A stretch of 47,957 bases of DNA from Candidatus Limnocylindria bacterium (GTDB taxonomy: Bacteria; Chloroflexota; Limnocylindria; Limnocylindrales; CSP1-4): NCBI GenBank assembly GCA_041482475.1, contig JBGPDX010000001.1, positions 1 through 47,957 on the forward strand, written 5' to 3'. The translations under genes and the position numbers were made by a program. Positions 25,180 to 33,906 of this stretch are shown here, in pieces. The notes beneath the pieces were generated by a model that was not told where the DNA came from, made no database searches, and was given only the letters and a program-made list of their open reading frames with translations. How positions within the stretch are numbered: position 1 is the stretch's first letter; each line of letters begins with the position of its first letter.

Positions 25180-26024
25180 CGACCGTCGACGCCCATCACC
25201 ATTTCTGGGACCCGGCCACGGCCGACTACCCGTGGATGACCGACGAGGTGGCGCCCATTCGCCGGGCCTTCGGGCCGGCCGATCTGGCGCCGCTGCTGAC
25301 CGAAACGGGCATCGACGCGACGGTCCTGGTCCAGACTCGCTCGAGCCTCGACGAGACGCGCCAGTTCCTGGCGACCGCGGCGGCGGAGCCGTTCATCGCC
25401 GGCGTCGTCGGCTGGGTCGACCTCACCGCCCCGTCCGTGAGCGACGCCATCGCCGCCCTGCGGGCGGCGCCGGGCGGCGATCGCCTGGTCGCCATCCGCC
25501 ACCAGGTCCACGACGAGCCCGACCCGGACTGGCTGGCCCGGGCGGATGTCCGGCGCGGGCTGGCTGCCGTGGCGTCGAGCGGCCTGGCCTACGACCTGCT
25601 CGTCCGCCCGCGGGAGCTGCCGTCCGCGCTCGGCGTGGCGCGCGCGACCCCGGGCCTGCGGTTCATCGTCGATCACGCCGCGAAGCCGCCGATCGCCTCG
25701 GGTCGGCTCGAGCCGTGGGCGAGCCGGCTGCGGCCCCTCGCCCGGCTCGACAACGTGTCCTGCAAGGCGTCGGGCCTGGTGACCGAGGCGGACTGGACGT
25801 CGTGGGCGCCGGACGACCTGCGGCCGTACGTCGAGATGGTGCTCGAGCTGTTCGGCCCGGCGCGGCTGATGTTCGGCTCGGACTGGCCCGTCTGCCTGCT
25901 CGCGGCGACCTACGAGCGGGTCGTCCACAGCGTGCGGGAGCTGACGAGCTCACTGACGGTTGCGGAACGTGGGCGGATCTTCGGCGGGACCGCGATCGAG
26001 ACCTACGCGCTGCGGATCGCCTGA
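25176..26024 (+). CDS. amidohydrolase_2 (cog3618) sugar lactonase, L-fucono-1,5-lactonase-like
   Basis: Sequence MTTVDAHHHFWDP...IVDHAAKPP...MFGSDWPVC carries the metal-ligand blocks of cog3618 lactonases. The GTG start overlaps the AKR stop as GTGA. Confidence 0.85.
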   Translation: MTTVDAHHHFWDPATADYPWMTDEVAPIRRAFGPADLAPLLTETGIDATVLVQTRSSLDETRQFLATAAAEPFIAGVVGWVDLTAPSVSDAIAALRAAPGGDRLVAIRHQVHDEPDPDWLARADVRRGLAAVASSGLAYDLLVRPRELPSALGVARATPGLRFIVDHAAKPPIASGRLEPWASRLRPLARLDNVSCKASGLVTEADWTSWAPDDLRPYVEMVLELFGPARLMFGSDWPVCLLAATYERVVHSVRELTSSLTVAERGRIFGGTAIETYALRIA

Positions 26025-26923
26025 GCGGCCGTTCCGGCGGATCTGCCGACGACGGCGACGGGGTTTTCGAGCGTCCCCAGCGGCCCGGCCTCGATGCGCA
26101 CGATGTCGCCGTGGCGGAGGGTGAACGATGGGTCAGGGACGACGCCGGTGCCGCTCAGCAGGATCGCGCCGGACGGGAGCTCCAGGGCACGGCCAAGGAA
26201 CTCGACCAGCTCGTCGAGCGGCCGCCGGATGCGAGCCGTCGTGGTCGCGTCGTCGACGACCGTCGCGCCGTCCCGACTGACGACGAGGCGAAGGCTGAAC
26301 GGCGGCGACACCTCGGTCGACGGCACGAGCGCCGGCCCCAGCGCGCACGAGCCGTCGTACACCTTGGCCTGCGGCAGGTAGAGCGGGTTCTCGCCCTCGA
26401 TCGTCCGGCTCGAGACGTCGTTGCCGATGGTGTAACCGGCGATCGACAGGTCCGCCGCGACGACGAGCGCCAGCTCCGGCTCGGGGACATTCCACGCCGA
26501 GTCCGCCCGGATGCCGATCCGCTCCCCCGGGCCGCGGACGCGCCAGCCGGGCGACTTGAAGAACAGCTCCGGGCGGTCGGCCTCGTAGACGCGGTCGTAG
26601 ACCGACGCCTCGGCCGACTCCTCCATCCGCGCGTCGCGCGAACGCTCGTAGGTGACGCCGGCGGCCCAGATCTCCTGCTCGTCGACGGGGGCGAGGATCC
26701 GCCAGCCGGTGGGCACCGCTTCTCCCGACGCGATCGCCACGGCCTCCGCCAGCCCCGTCGGGCCGCGGCGCAGGATGGCGGCCACGGACTCCACCGGTTC
26801 GAGCAGGTGGCGCGGCCCGCTGGCGACCTCGCCGGCGGCGAGGCGCACCGAGCCATCGGGCAGCCGGAGGCGGAACAGCGCTCGCGTCACCGCAGCCTCA
26901 CGGGCTCCGGCCGTCGCCGTCAC
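26003..26923 (-). CDS. FAH-superfamily protein of the KdaD (2-keto-3-deoxy-D-arabinonate dehydratase)-like branch
   Basis: Blocks IWAAGVTYERSRDARMEES...VYDRVYEADRPELFFKS...ADSAWNVPEPELALVV...GNDVSSRTIEGENPLYLPQAKVY...LLSGTGVVP recall archaeal KdaD rather than hydrolase-type FAH. The alternative GTG start at 26890 removes the 26-nt overlap with iclR. Confidence 0.75.
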   Translation of the reverse strand: MTATAGAREAAVTRALFRLRLPDGSVRLAAGEVASGPRHLLEPVESVAAILRRGPTGLAEAVAIASGEAVPTGWRILAPVDEQEIWAAGVTYERSRDARMEESAEASVYDRVYEADRPELFFKSPGWRVRGPGERIGIRADSAWNVPEPELALVVAADLSIAGYTIGNDVSSRTIEGENPLYLPQAKVYDGSCALGPALVPSTEVSPPFSLRLVVSRDGATVVDDATTTARIRRPLDELVEFLGRALELPSGAILLSGTGVVPDPSFTLRHGDIVRIEAGPLGTLENPVAVVGRSAGTAAQAIRSA

Positions 26924-27743
26924 GGGCGTTCGCCACGAGCGGGTTCGACAGCAGGCGGGCGAGCCGCTTGAGGTCCGCGGCGAGGGCCTCGATGCGGGCG
27001 GGGTCGGCGCGCGCCTTGAGCAGCGTGACGCTCACTCCGTACTGATCGCTTCCCGAGCGACGCGGGATCGCCACGCCGATGCAGATGATTCCCTCCGACG
27101 TCTCCTCGTTGTCGACGGCGTGGCCGCGGCGCCGGACCTCGTCGAGGTCGTCGAGCAGGTCCGCCACGCGACGGTGCGAGTTACGGGTCAGTGTGGGCAG
27201 GGACTCGACGCCGCGCAGGCGGTCGGCGAGATCGGCGGGGTCGAGCGCGGCCAGGGTCGCCTTGCCGAGCGCCGTACAGGACGCCGGCAGCCGCCGCCCG
27301 ATCTCCGAGGCGAGACGGATCGGCTGGCGGCCGTCGTGCCGCGCGACATAGGTGACCTCGAGGCCGTCGAGCAGCGCCATCTGCATCGTCTCCTCCGACG
27401 CGACCGGCAGCCGGTCGGCAAGGTCGTAGAACTCCTGGACCTGGTCGACCGTGGCGAGGTAGGCGCCACCCAGCTCGGCCAGCCGCCGCCCCAACCGGAA
27501 CCCGGCGCCCGCCCGCCGGACGAGCCCGGCCTCGACGAGGGCGCTGCAGATGTTGGCGACGGATGACTTCGGCAGGCCAAGCCGGCGGGCGAGCTCGCTG
27601 AGCGGCGTCGGAGCCGACGAGTTCTCGGCCAGCGCATCGAGAATGGCCGCCGCCCGCGTCACAGCGGGGGCGAGCGTCGCCGCTCCGCGGGCCTCCGCAT
27701 CGAGGTCCGCGGAATCGTTGACGGTCCTTGACTCGCTTCGCAT
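26898..27743 (-). CDS. IclR-family transcriptional regulator
   Basis: Internal ATG (complement 27741-27743) of ORF 26898..29189. It has a wHTH ([45 protein letters not shown]) and an IclR effector domain ([30 protein letters not shown]). Confidence 0.9.
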   Translation of the reverse strand: MRSESRTVNDSADLDAEARGAATLAPAVTRAAAILDALAENSSAPTPLSELARRLGLPKSSVANICSALVEAGLVRRAGAGFRLGRRLAELGGAYLATVDQVQEFYDLADRLPVASEETMQMALLDGLEVTYVARHDGRQPIRLASEIGRRLPASCTALGKATLAALDPADLADRLRGVESLPTLTRNSHRRVADLLDDLDEVRRRGHAVDNEETSEGIICIGVAIPRRSGSDQYGVSVTLLKARADPARIEALAADLKRLARLLSNPLVANARDGDGRSP

Positions 27744-27746
27744 ACT

Positions 27747-27792
27747 GTCCAGCCTACCGTCTATCGTCCAGCATTTTGGACGCAGCGTCCAG
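27747..27792. promoter_or_regulatory. candidate IclR operator set in the 69-bp iclR/fucD divergent region
   Basis: Three direct GTCCAG hexamers lie at 27747, 27766 and 27787 (19- and 21-bp spacing). The middle one is part of the palindrome CGTCCA-gcattt-TGGACG (27765-27782). Confidence 0.45.
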
Positions 27793-27812
27793 ACCGAGGG
27801 ACTTCCATTCTG

Positions 27813-29150
27813 ATGGCCCCGCGGATCGTCTCGCTCGAGGTGCACGACGTCCGGTTCCCGACGTCGCGCTCGCTCGACGGCTCGGACGCGATGAATCCCG
27901 ACCCCGACTACTCGGCGGCGTACGTGGTCCTCCGAACGGACGATCCCGCCTGGCCGACCGGCCACGGCCTGACGTTCACGACCGGCCGCGGGACCGAGGT
28001 CGTGACGACGGCCGTCAAGGCGCTCCGGCCGTTGGTCGTCGGGCGGTCGGCCAGCTCGATCTTCGGCGACATCGGCGGCTACTGGCGCGAGCTGGTGGGA
28101 GACAGCCAGTTGCGCTGGATCGGCCCCGAGAAGGGCGTCATCCATCTCGCCACGGCGGCCGTCGTCAACGCCACCTGGGACCTCTGGGCGAAGCGCGAGG
28201 GCAAGCCGCTCTGGAAGCTGCTGGTCGACCTGCCGTCGGAGGAGATCGTTCGGGCGATCGATTTCCGCTACCTGACCGATGCCTTGACGCCGGACGACGC
28301 GCTGGCCATCCTGCGGCCGCTCGAGGCGACCAGGTCGAGGCGCGAGGCGGAGATGATCCGCGACGGCTACCCGGCCTACACGACGTCGGTCGGCTGGCTG
28401 GGCTATTCGGACGACAAGATCCGGCGGCTCTGTTCGGAGGCCCTGGCCGACGGCTGGACGAGCTTCAAGATGAAGGTCGGCGCGGACCTCGACGACGACA
28501 TCCGGCGGGCGCGGATCGTGCGCCAGGCTATCGGCCCGACGAACCTGCTGATGATCGATGCCAACCAGCGCTGGGACGTGGGGACGGCGATCTCGTGGGT
28601 CAAGGCCCTGGCCGAGTTCGAGCCGTACTGGATCGAGGAGCCAACCAGTCCGGATGACATCCTGGGCCACGCGGCGATTGCCCGCGCCGTCCACCCGATC
28701 CGCGTCGCGACCGGCGAGCACGTCCACAACCGGGTCATGTTCAAGCAGTTCCTGGCGGCCGGCGGGATGGACGTCTGCCAGGTCGACGCCTGCCGGCTGG
28801 GCGGCGTCAACGAGGTGCTCGCCGTGCTGCTGCTGGCCGCCCGCTTCGGCGTGCCGGTCTGTCCGCACGCCGGCGGGGTGGGGCTGTGCGAGCTCGTCCA
28901 GCACCTCGCGATCTTCGACTACATCGCCGTCAGCGGCGACCTGTCGGGCCGGATGGTCGAGTACGTCGACCACCTGCACGAGCACTTCGTCGATCCGGTC
29001 AGGATCCGGAACGGTCGCTACGTCGCCCCGGAACGGCCGGGCTACGGCGCCGAGATGCTTCCGGACAGCCTGCGCCGCCACACCTTCCCCGGCGGTGAGG
29101 TGTGGCAGACCGTGGCCGTGGGAGCGGCCGAGGGGGGATCCAGTCGGTGA
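27813..29150 (+). CDS. fucD: L-fuconate dehydratase (enolase superfamily, mandelate racemase subgroup)
   Basis: 445 aa. The N-terminus [39 protein letters not shown] is nearly diagnostic of FucD. Later blocks are [32 protein letters not shown] and ATGEHV. Confidence 0.9.
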   Translation: MAPRIVSLEVHDVRFPTSRSLDGSDAMNPDPDYSAAYVVLRTDDPAWPTGHGLTFTTGRGTEVVTTAVKALRPLVVGRSASSIFGDIGGYWRELVGDSQLRWIGPEKGVIHLATAAVVNATWDLWAKREGKPLWKLLVDLPSEEIVRAIDFRYLTDALTPDDALAILRPLEATRSRREAEMIRDGYPAYTTSVGWLGYSDDKIRRLCSEALADGWTSFKMKVGADLDDDIRRARIVRQAIGPTNLLMIDANQRWDVGTAISWVKALAEFEPYWIEEPTSPDDILGHAAIARAVHPIRVATGEHVHNRVMFKQFLAAGGMDVCQVDACRLGGVNEVLAVLLLAARFGVPVCPHAGGVGLCELVQHLAIFDYIAVSGDLSGRMVEYVDHLHEHFVDPVRIRNGRYVAPERPGYGAEMLPDSLRRHTFPGGEVWQTVAVGAAEGGSSR

Positions 29151-29206
29151 CCGTGCAGCGGCGAGCCGGTTGGCGCGGCGCTGCGGCACAAGTTGAGGAG
29201 GGTCTC

Positions 29207-30769
29207 ATGGTGAAACGTCGGTCCCTGCGCGGCGTCGGCCTCCTGGCGAGCGTGGTGCTCGTCGCTGGTGCCTGTCAGGCAGCGGCGCCCAGCTCGGCGC
29301 CGGCCAGCGTCGCGTCCAGCGCCCCGGCCGCATCGGCATCGTCCGCCCCGGCGTCGCAGGCGCCGCGGGGCACCAAGTTCAAGGGCGTCAACGTCAACAT
29401 CCTCACCTTCAACGGGCCGCAGGTCGCCGAGCCGCTGCAGCGGCGCGCGCCGGACTGGGAGCAGCTCACCGGCGGACACGTCAACGTCATCGCCGTCGGC
29501 TTCCAGACGATCTACGACAAGGCGCTGCTCGACGCGTCGACCGGCACCAACTCGTTCGACGCCTACGTCTTCGACCCGCAGTGGATGGGCGACTTCGTCG
29601 CTCCCGGCTACCTGCTCGACATCACCGATCGGGTCAACAACGACCCGCAACTGAACTGGCAGGACATCGGGCCGTACTTCCGCGACTTCAGCGCGACCTA
29701 CAACGGCAAGGTCTACATGGTCCCGCTCGACGGCGACTTCCATATGGTCTACTACCGGAAGGACCTGTTCGACAAGGACGGCGTCAAGCCGCCGGCAACC
29801 TGGGACGACTACCTGACGATCGCCGCCAAGTACAACGGTCAGGACCTTAATGGCGACGGCCAGCCGGACTACGGCTCGTGCATCGCCAAGAAGAAGGGCG
29901 CCCAGAGCTACTGGTGGATCATCTCCATTGCCGCCGGCCTGCTGCAGGCGAAGGGCACCAACGAAGGGGCGTTCTTCAACACGAAGGACATGAGCCCGCT
30001 CTTCGGCCAGAACGAGGCCATCACCAAGGCCCTCGACACCTACGCGAAGACGGCCACGTTCGGACCGCCCGACGAGCTCAACATGGACGTCGGCGGGACC
30101 CGCGGCCTGTTCACCACCGGGCGCTGCGCCCTGTCGATGGACTGGGGTGACATCGGCACCCTGGCCCCCGGCACGTACGCCCAGGACCGGACCGGCGCGA
30201 CGATCACGCCGGGCTGGAAGCAGATTCTCGACCGCTCGACCGGCAAGCTCGTGGCGTGCGATGGGACCACCTGCCCGAACGCGGTCGACGGCGTGAACTA
30301 CGCGCCGTTCTCCTCCTTCGGTGGCTGGTCCGGCGCCATCAACGCCAAGTCCCCGAAGGCCCAGCAGGACGCGGCATACGACTTCCTGTCGTACATGAGC
30401 TCACCGGCCATCTCGGGCGTCGACGTGACGCTCGGCAAGACCGGCTACAACCCGTACCGGACGTCGCACTTCTCGAACATCGATCCGTGGATCAAGGCCG
30501 GCCTCAGCGAGGCGGCCGCGAAGAACTACCTGGGAGCGATCCAGGCCAGCCTGCAGAACAAGAACATGGTCCTCGACCTGCGGATCCCGCTGACCAAGCG
30601 GTATGAGCAGGACGTGCTCGACACCGCGGTCTCGCAGTACCTGGCCAAGGAGCTCGACGCCGCTGGCGCCGAGCAGGCCATCGCCGATGGCTGGAACGCC
30701 ATCACCGACGAGGCCGGGAGGGCCAAGCAGCTCGCTGCATACGTCGCCAGCCTTGGCGTCCAGCGATAA
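29207..30769 (+). CDS. ABC sugar transporter substrate-binding lipoprotein (SBP family 1)
   Basis: ATG at 29207 after GAGGAGG. Lipoprotein-type signal (MVKRRSLRGVGLLASVVLVAGAC), an S/A-rich tether, then an SBP fold (VNILTFNGPQVAEP...FDAYVFDPQWMGDF). Confidence 0.85.
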   Translation: MVKRRSLRGVGLLASVVLVAGACQAAAPSSAPASVASSAPAASASSAPASQAPRGTKFKGVNVNILTFNGPQVAEPLQRRAPDWEQLTGGHVNVIAVGFQTIYDKALLDASTGTNSFDAYVFDPQWMGDFVAPGYLLDITDRVNNDPQLNWQDIGPYFRDFSATYNGKVYMVPLDGDFHMVYYRKDLFDKDGVKPPATWDDYLTIAAKYNGQDLNGDGQPDYGSCIAKKKGAQSYWWIISIAAGLLQAKGTNEGAFFNTKDMSPLFGQNEAITKALDTYAKTATFGPPDELNMDVGGTRGLFTTGRCALSMDWGDIGTLAPGTYAQDRTGATITPGWKQILDRSTGKLVACDGTTCPNAVDGVNYAPFSSFGGWSGAINAKSPKAQQDAAYDFLSYMSSPAISGVDVTLGKTGYNPYRTSHFSNIDPWIKAGLSEAAAKNYLGAIQASLQNKNMVLDLRIPLTKRYEQDVLDTAVSQYLAKELDAAGAEQAIADGWNAITDEAGRAKQLAAYVASLGVQR

Positions 30770-30842
30770 GCCCATCGATGTCGAATCCCCGGAGCCGATC
30801 CCAGCGGGGTCGGCACTGAGGGATCGGGCCACGCGCCGAGCG

Positions 30843-31946
30843 GTGTATACCCTCGGCGCGTGGCGTTCGGAGGGGGCGGCCAGGTGGCTCTTCATCTGGC
30901 CCGCCGTCCTCCTCATCCTCGTCATGTCGTTGTTCCCGCTCGTCGCCTCTGTCGCCCTGTCGCTGTCGCGGCTGGCGTTCCACCAGGGCGGCGTCGACCT
31001 CAAGCTCATCGGCTTCGCCAACTACCAGCAGCTGCTGTTCGGGATCGAGCGGTCGCATTTCCTGGGCGTGCTCAAGCCGCCCAACGCGATCGGCTGGACG
31101 ATCGTGGTCGCCGTCGCCGCGCTGACGACCCGGGCCCTGGTCCGGAGCGCAAGGTCCGGGCGTGTGCGACCGGTCTTCCTCGTCATCAGGTTCCTGGGGG
31201 CCGTCCTGCTGGTCGGGCTCGTCTGGATCGTCGTCCAGGCGCTGGCGAGCGACGGCGGCCGCCCCGGCGCTCTCATCGTCACCCTGATCTTCGTCTTCGT
31301 CGGGATCGGGCTGCAGTACGCGCTGGGCCTTGGCCTGGCGCTGCTGGCCGTCCAGCAGGTCCCGTGGCGACGTTTCTTCCGGGTCGTCTTCCTCATTCCG
31401 CTGACGATCACCCCGGTCGGCGTCGGCTACATGTTCCTGATGATGACCGACACGTCGAAGGGGCCTTTCGAGCCGCTGTGGATCGCCCTTGGGCTCCGCA
31501 ACTTCACCTGGGTGACCGACCCGTGGCTGGCGCGCGCGGCGGTCATCATCGGCGACACGTGGCAGTGGACGCCGTTCGTCTTCATCGTCCTGCTCGCCGC
31601 GCTCGAGAGCCTCGACCAGGAGATCCGCGAGGCCGCCCTGGTCGACGGCGCGAGCCGCTGGCAGAGCTTCATCCACATCACCATGCCGGCCATCCTGCCG
31701 GTGACGACGACGATCGTCCTCATCCGGATGATCGAGGGCTTCAAGATCATCGACATGCCGAACATCCTGCTCGGCGGCGGACCCGGGACGGCCACCCAGT
31801 CGATGACGCTCCAGGCCTACATCGACTGGAACACCCTGAATCTCGGCCGATCGGCGGCGGTGGCCTATCTGCTGCTCATCCTCGTGTCGGTCGTGGCGAC
31901 GGCCTACGTCAGCTTCGTCCGCCGCCGCGCGACGGAGGCGGTGTGA
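30843..31946 (+). CDS. ABC sugar transporter permease (MalF/UgpA-like), unusually long
   Basis: GTG at 30843, in frame in ORF 30603..31946. The EAA loop is DQEIREAALVDGASRWQSFIHITMPAILP. At about 367 aa it has extra hydrophobic segments compared with typical ~300-aa homologues. Confidence 0.8.
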   Translation: MYTLGAWRSEGAARWLFIWPAVLLILVMSLFPLVASVALSLSRLAFHQGGVDLKLIGFANYQQLLFGIERSHFLGVLKPPNAIGWTIVVAVAALTTRALVRSARSGRVRPVFLVIRFLGAVLLVGLVWIVVQALASDGGRPGALIVTLIFVFVGIGLQYALGLGLALLAVQQVPWRRFFRVVFLIPLTITPVGVGYMFLMMTDTSKGPFEPLWIALGLRNFTWVTDPWLARAAVIIGDTWQWTPFVFIVLLAALESLDQEIREAALVDGASRWQSFIHITMPAILPVTTTIVLIRMIEGFKIIDMPNILLGGGPGTATQSMTLQAYIDWNTLNLGRSAAVAYLLLILVSVVATAYVSFVRRRATEAV

Positions 31947-32968
31947 CCAACCCGTTCCGCCGCCGCGCCGTCCACGACCTGTCGCCGCCGGCCAAGGTCG
32001 CCGCGTTCGGCCTCCTGCTGGCCTGGTCGTTCGTCGTCCTCTTCCCCATCTACTGGTTGTTCGTCACGTCGTTCAAAACGCCCTACCAGGTCGACAAGGG
32101 CCCGTTCTACATCCCGTTCGTCGACTTCCAGCCGACCCTCGACGCGTGGCGCTACATCCTCGTCGAGCTGGGCAACGACACGCTCCGCCCGTACCGCAAC
32201 ACGGTGGTCGTGGGACTGACCAGCTCGATCATCGCCCTGATCGTCGGCTCCGCGGCGGCCTATGCCCTCGTCAGGTTCACCTACCGGCCGCGGATCGGCA
32301 TCATCGCCCTGTTCATCGGCAGCGCGGCGTTCGGCTTCGTGGCCGCAGGGCTTGGCGCACCGCCGCTGATCGCCATCGCCGGAGCGCTGGGTGCGTTCGT
32401 CATCCTGGCCCAGACGATCGGCAAGCGGTTCCGGCGGGCGCTCGGCAACGGCGACATCGCGTTCTGGCTCATCTCGCAGCGGATCCTGCCGCCGATCGCC
32501 GTGGTCGTCCCGATGTACGTCCTGTTCCAGCAGGTGGGGCTGCTCGACAGCCTCGTCGCCCTGGTCATCACCTACGTCGCCGCCAACCTGCCGATCGTCG
32601 TCTGGCTGATGCGCGACTTCTTCGCCTCGCTGCCGCGCGAGCTCGAGGAATCGGCCGCGGTCGACGGGGCGTCGGTCTACCGCATCGTCCGCTCGATCGT
32701 CCTGCCGATCTCCGTTCCCGGCCTCGTCGCGACCTTCCTGATCGTCCTGATCTTCGCCTGGAACGAGTTCCTCATCGCCCTGGTCCTGACCTCGGCCAAT
32801 GCCCAGACGATGCCGCTCCAGGTCGCCGCCCAAAACGCGACCCGCGGGCCGCAGTGGTGGGCGATGTCGGTGCTGATCCTGATCATGATCGCGCCGGTCG
32901 TGGCGATGGCGATCGCCCTTGAGCGCTACATCACCCGAGGCCTGCTGGTGGGCGCCCTCAAGGGTTAG
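31943..32968 (+). CDS. ABC sugar transporter permease (MalG/UgpE-like), unusually long
   Basis: GTG at 31943 overlaps the previous stop (GTGTGA). The N-terminus is LLLAWSFVVLFPIYWLFVTSFKTP and the EAA loop is LEESAAVDGASVYRIVRSIVLPISVPG. An insertion of about 55 aa with two hydrophobic stretches follows AAYALVRFTYRPR. Confidence 0.8.
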   Translation: MTNPFRRRAVHDLSPPAKVAAFGLLLAWSFVVLFPIYWLFVTSFKTPYQVDKGPFYIPFVDFQPTLDAWRYILVELGNDTLRPYRNTVVVGLTSSIIALIVGSAAAYALVRFTYRPRIGIIALFIGSAAFGFVAAGLGAPPLIAIAGALGAFVILAQTIGKRFRRALGNGDIAFWLISQRILPPIAVVVPMYVLFQQVGLLDSLVALVITYVAANLPIVVWLMRDFFASLPRELEESAAVDGASVYRIVRSIVLPISVPGLVATFLIVLIFAWNEFLIALVLTSANAQTMPLQVAAQNATRGPQWWAMSVLILIMIAPVVAMAIALERYITRGLLVGALKG

Positions 32969-33122
32969 GCGGCGGCGAGCGGCGCGGGCGTCGCGGCGAG
33001 GGGCGGCAGCGGGGGCGCCGGGGCCGGCCGGACCGGCCGCACATGCGGCTGTCGATTCGGTCGTCGGCCGTTCGTCTTCCGGGTAGAGCGGCCGCCAGGT
33101 CGCGATGCAGGAGGACCCTGAG

Positions 33123-33470
33123 ATGGCCGACCGGATCATTCACGTCGAGGTCGTCGGGCGGGACGCCGGCAAGCTCCAGCGCTTCTTCTCGGAGCTGTTC
33201 GGCTGGAAGCTCGACACCAACAACCCGGGCGGGTACGGCATGGCGTCGGCTGCCGACAACGGCGTCGTGACCGGCATCGGCTCGACGCCGGACGGTAGCG
33301 CCGGCCACACTACGTTCTATGTCGCCGTCAAGGACATCGACAAGGCGCTCGAGAAGGCGACGAAGCTCGGCGGACGGGTGATCATGCCGAAGATGAGCCC
33401 CGGCCCGAACGCAACGATCGCCCTGCTGGCCGACCCGGAGGGACACGTCATCGGCCTGAGCGAGGTCTGA
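33123..33470 (+). CDS. VOC (glyoxalase I-like) family protein
   Basis: Sequence MADRIIHVEVVGRDAGKLQRFFSELFGWKL...TFYVAVKDIDKALEKATKLGGRVIMP...IALLADPEGHVIGL. GGAGGA lies upstream of ATG 33123. Confidence 0.8.
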   Translation: MADRIIHVEVVGRDAGKLQRFFSELFGWKLDTNNPGGYGMASAADNGVVTGIGSTPDGSAGHTTFYVAVKDIDKALEKATKLGGRVIMPKMSPGPNATIALLADPEGHVIGLSEV

Positions 33471-33486
33471 TCCGGGGCGTGATCCG

Positions 33487-33520
33487 CGCGCGGCCGCCGT
33501 GTCGCTGCGGCGGCCGCGCG
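33487..33520 (+). terminator. GC-rich hairpin terminator candidate
   Basis: Perfect 13-bp stem CGCGCGGCCGCCG / CGGCGGCCGCGCG with an 8-nt loop, 17 nt after the VOC stop. There is no U-tract. Confidence 0.5.
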
Positions 33521-33575
33521 ACCGCTCGGCCGCCCACGCTCGGCGCAGGTCAGCGTCCGCCGGATCGCGAGGCGT

Positions 33576-33899
33576 ATGGTTCGCACCATGAAGGGCGATC
33601 GCGTCGAGGCCATCGTCGACACGGGACAGGGTGTCCAGCGCTTCGAGATCGTCGCCACCCGCAACGGCCGGCGGATCGAGGTGACGACCGCTCGCGGGGT
33701 GGTCGAGGTCACGGAGGTGACGCGCGGCGGGACGCCCGTCCGGACCGGCCGCTTCATGGCGAGTCGCCTGATCGCCCTGGTCGAGCACCCCGCCCAGGAG
33801 GGGGACGGCGCCGGCGTCGACGTGACCACCCGGCGGCGGCTGGGTGGCCTCGAGGCTGCGCGCGGCCGCCGGGCGGCTCAGGCCGAAGTGGCGGAGTAG
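33576..33899 (+). CDS. hypothetical protein (107 aa)
   Basis: The ORF has strongly GC-biased third positions. The sequence (MVRTMKGDRVEAIVDTGQGVQRFEIVATRNGRRIEVTTARGVVEVTEVTRGG...) has no motif I recognise. Confidence 0.4.
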   Translation: MVRTMKGDRVEAIVDTGQGVQRFEIVATRNGRRIEVTTARGVVEVTEVTRGGTPVRTGRFMASRLIALVEHPAQEGDGAGVDVTTRRRLGGLEAARGRRAAQAEVAE

Positions 33900-33906
33900 C
33901 GCCCGC

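Noticed and set aside
25232-29189. ORF 25232..26971 (+, 579 aa) and the N-terminal ~480 aa of ORF 26898..29189 (-)
   Set aside because: These are shadow frames of the lactonase, KdaD-like and FucD genes. Only the last 281 codons of the minus-strand ORF (from ATG 27743) encode a coherent IclR protein.
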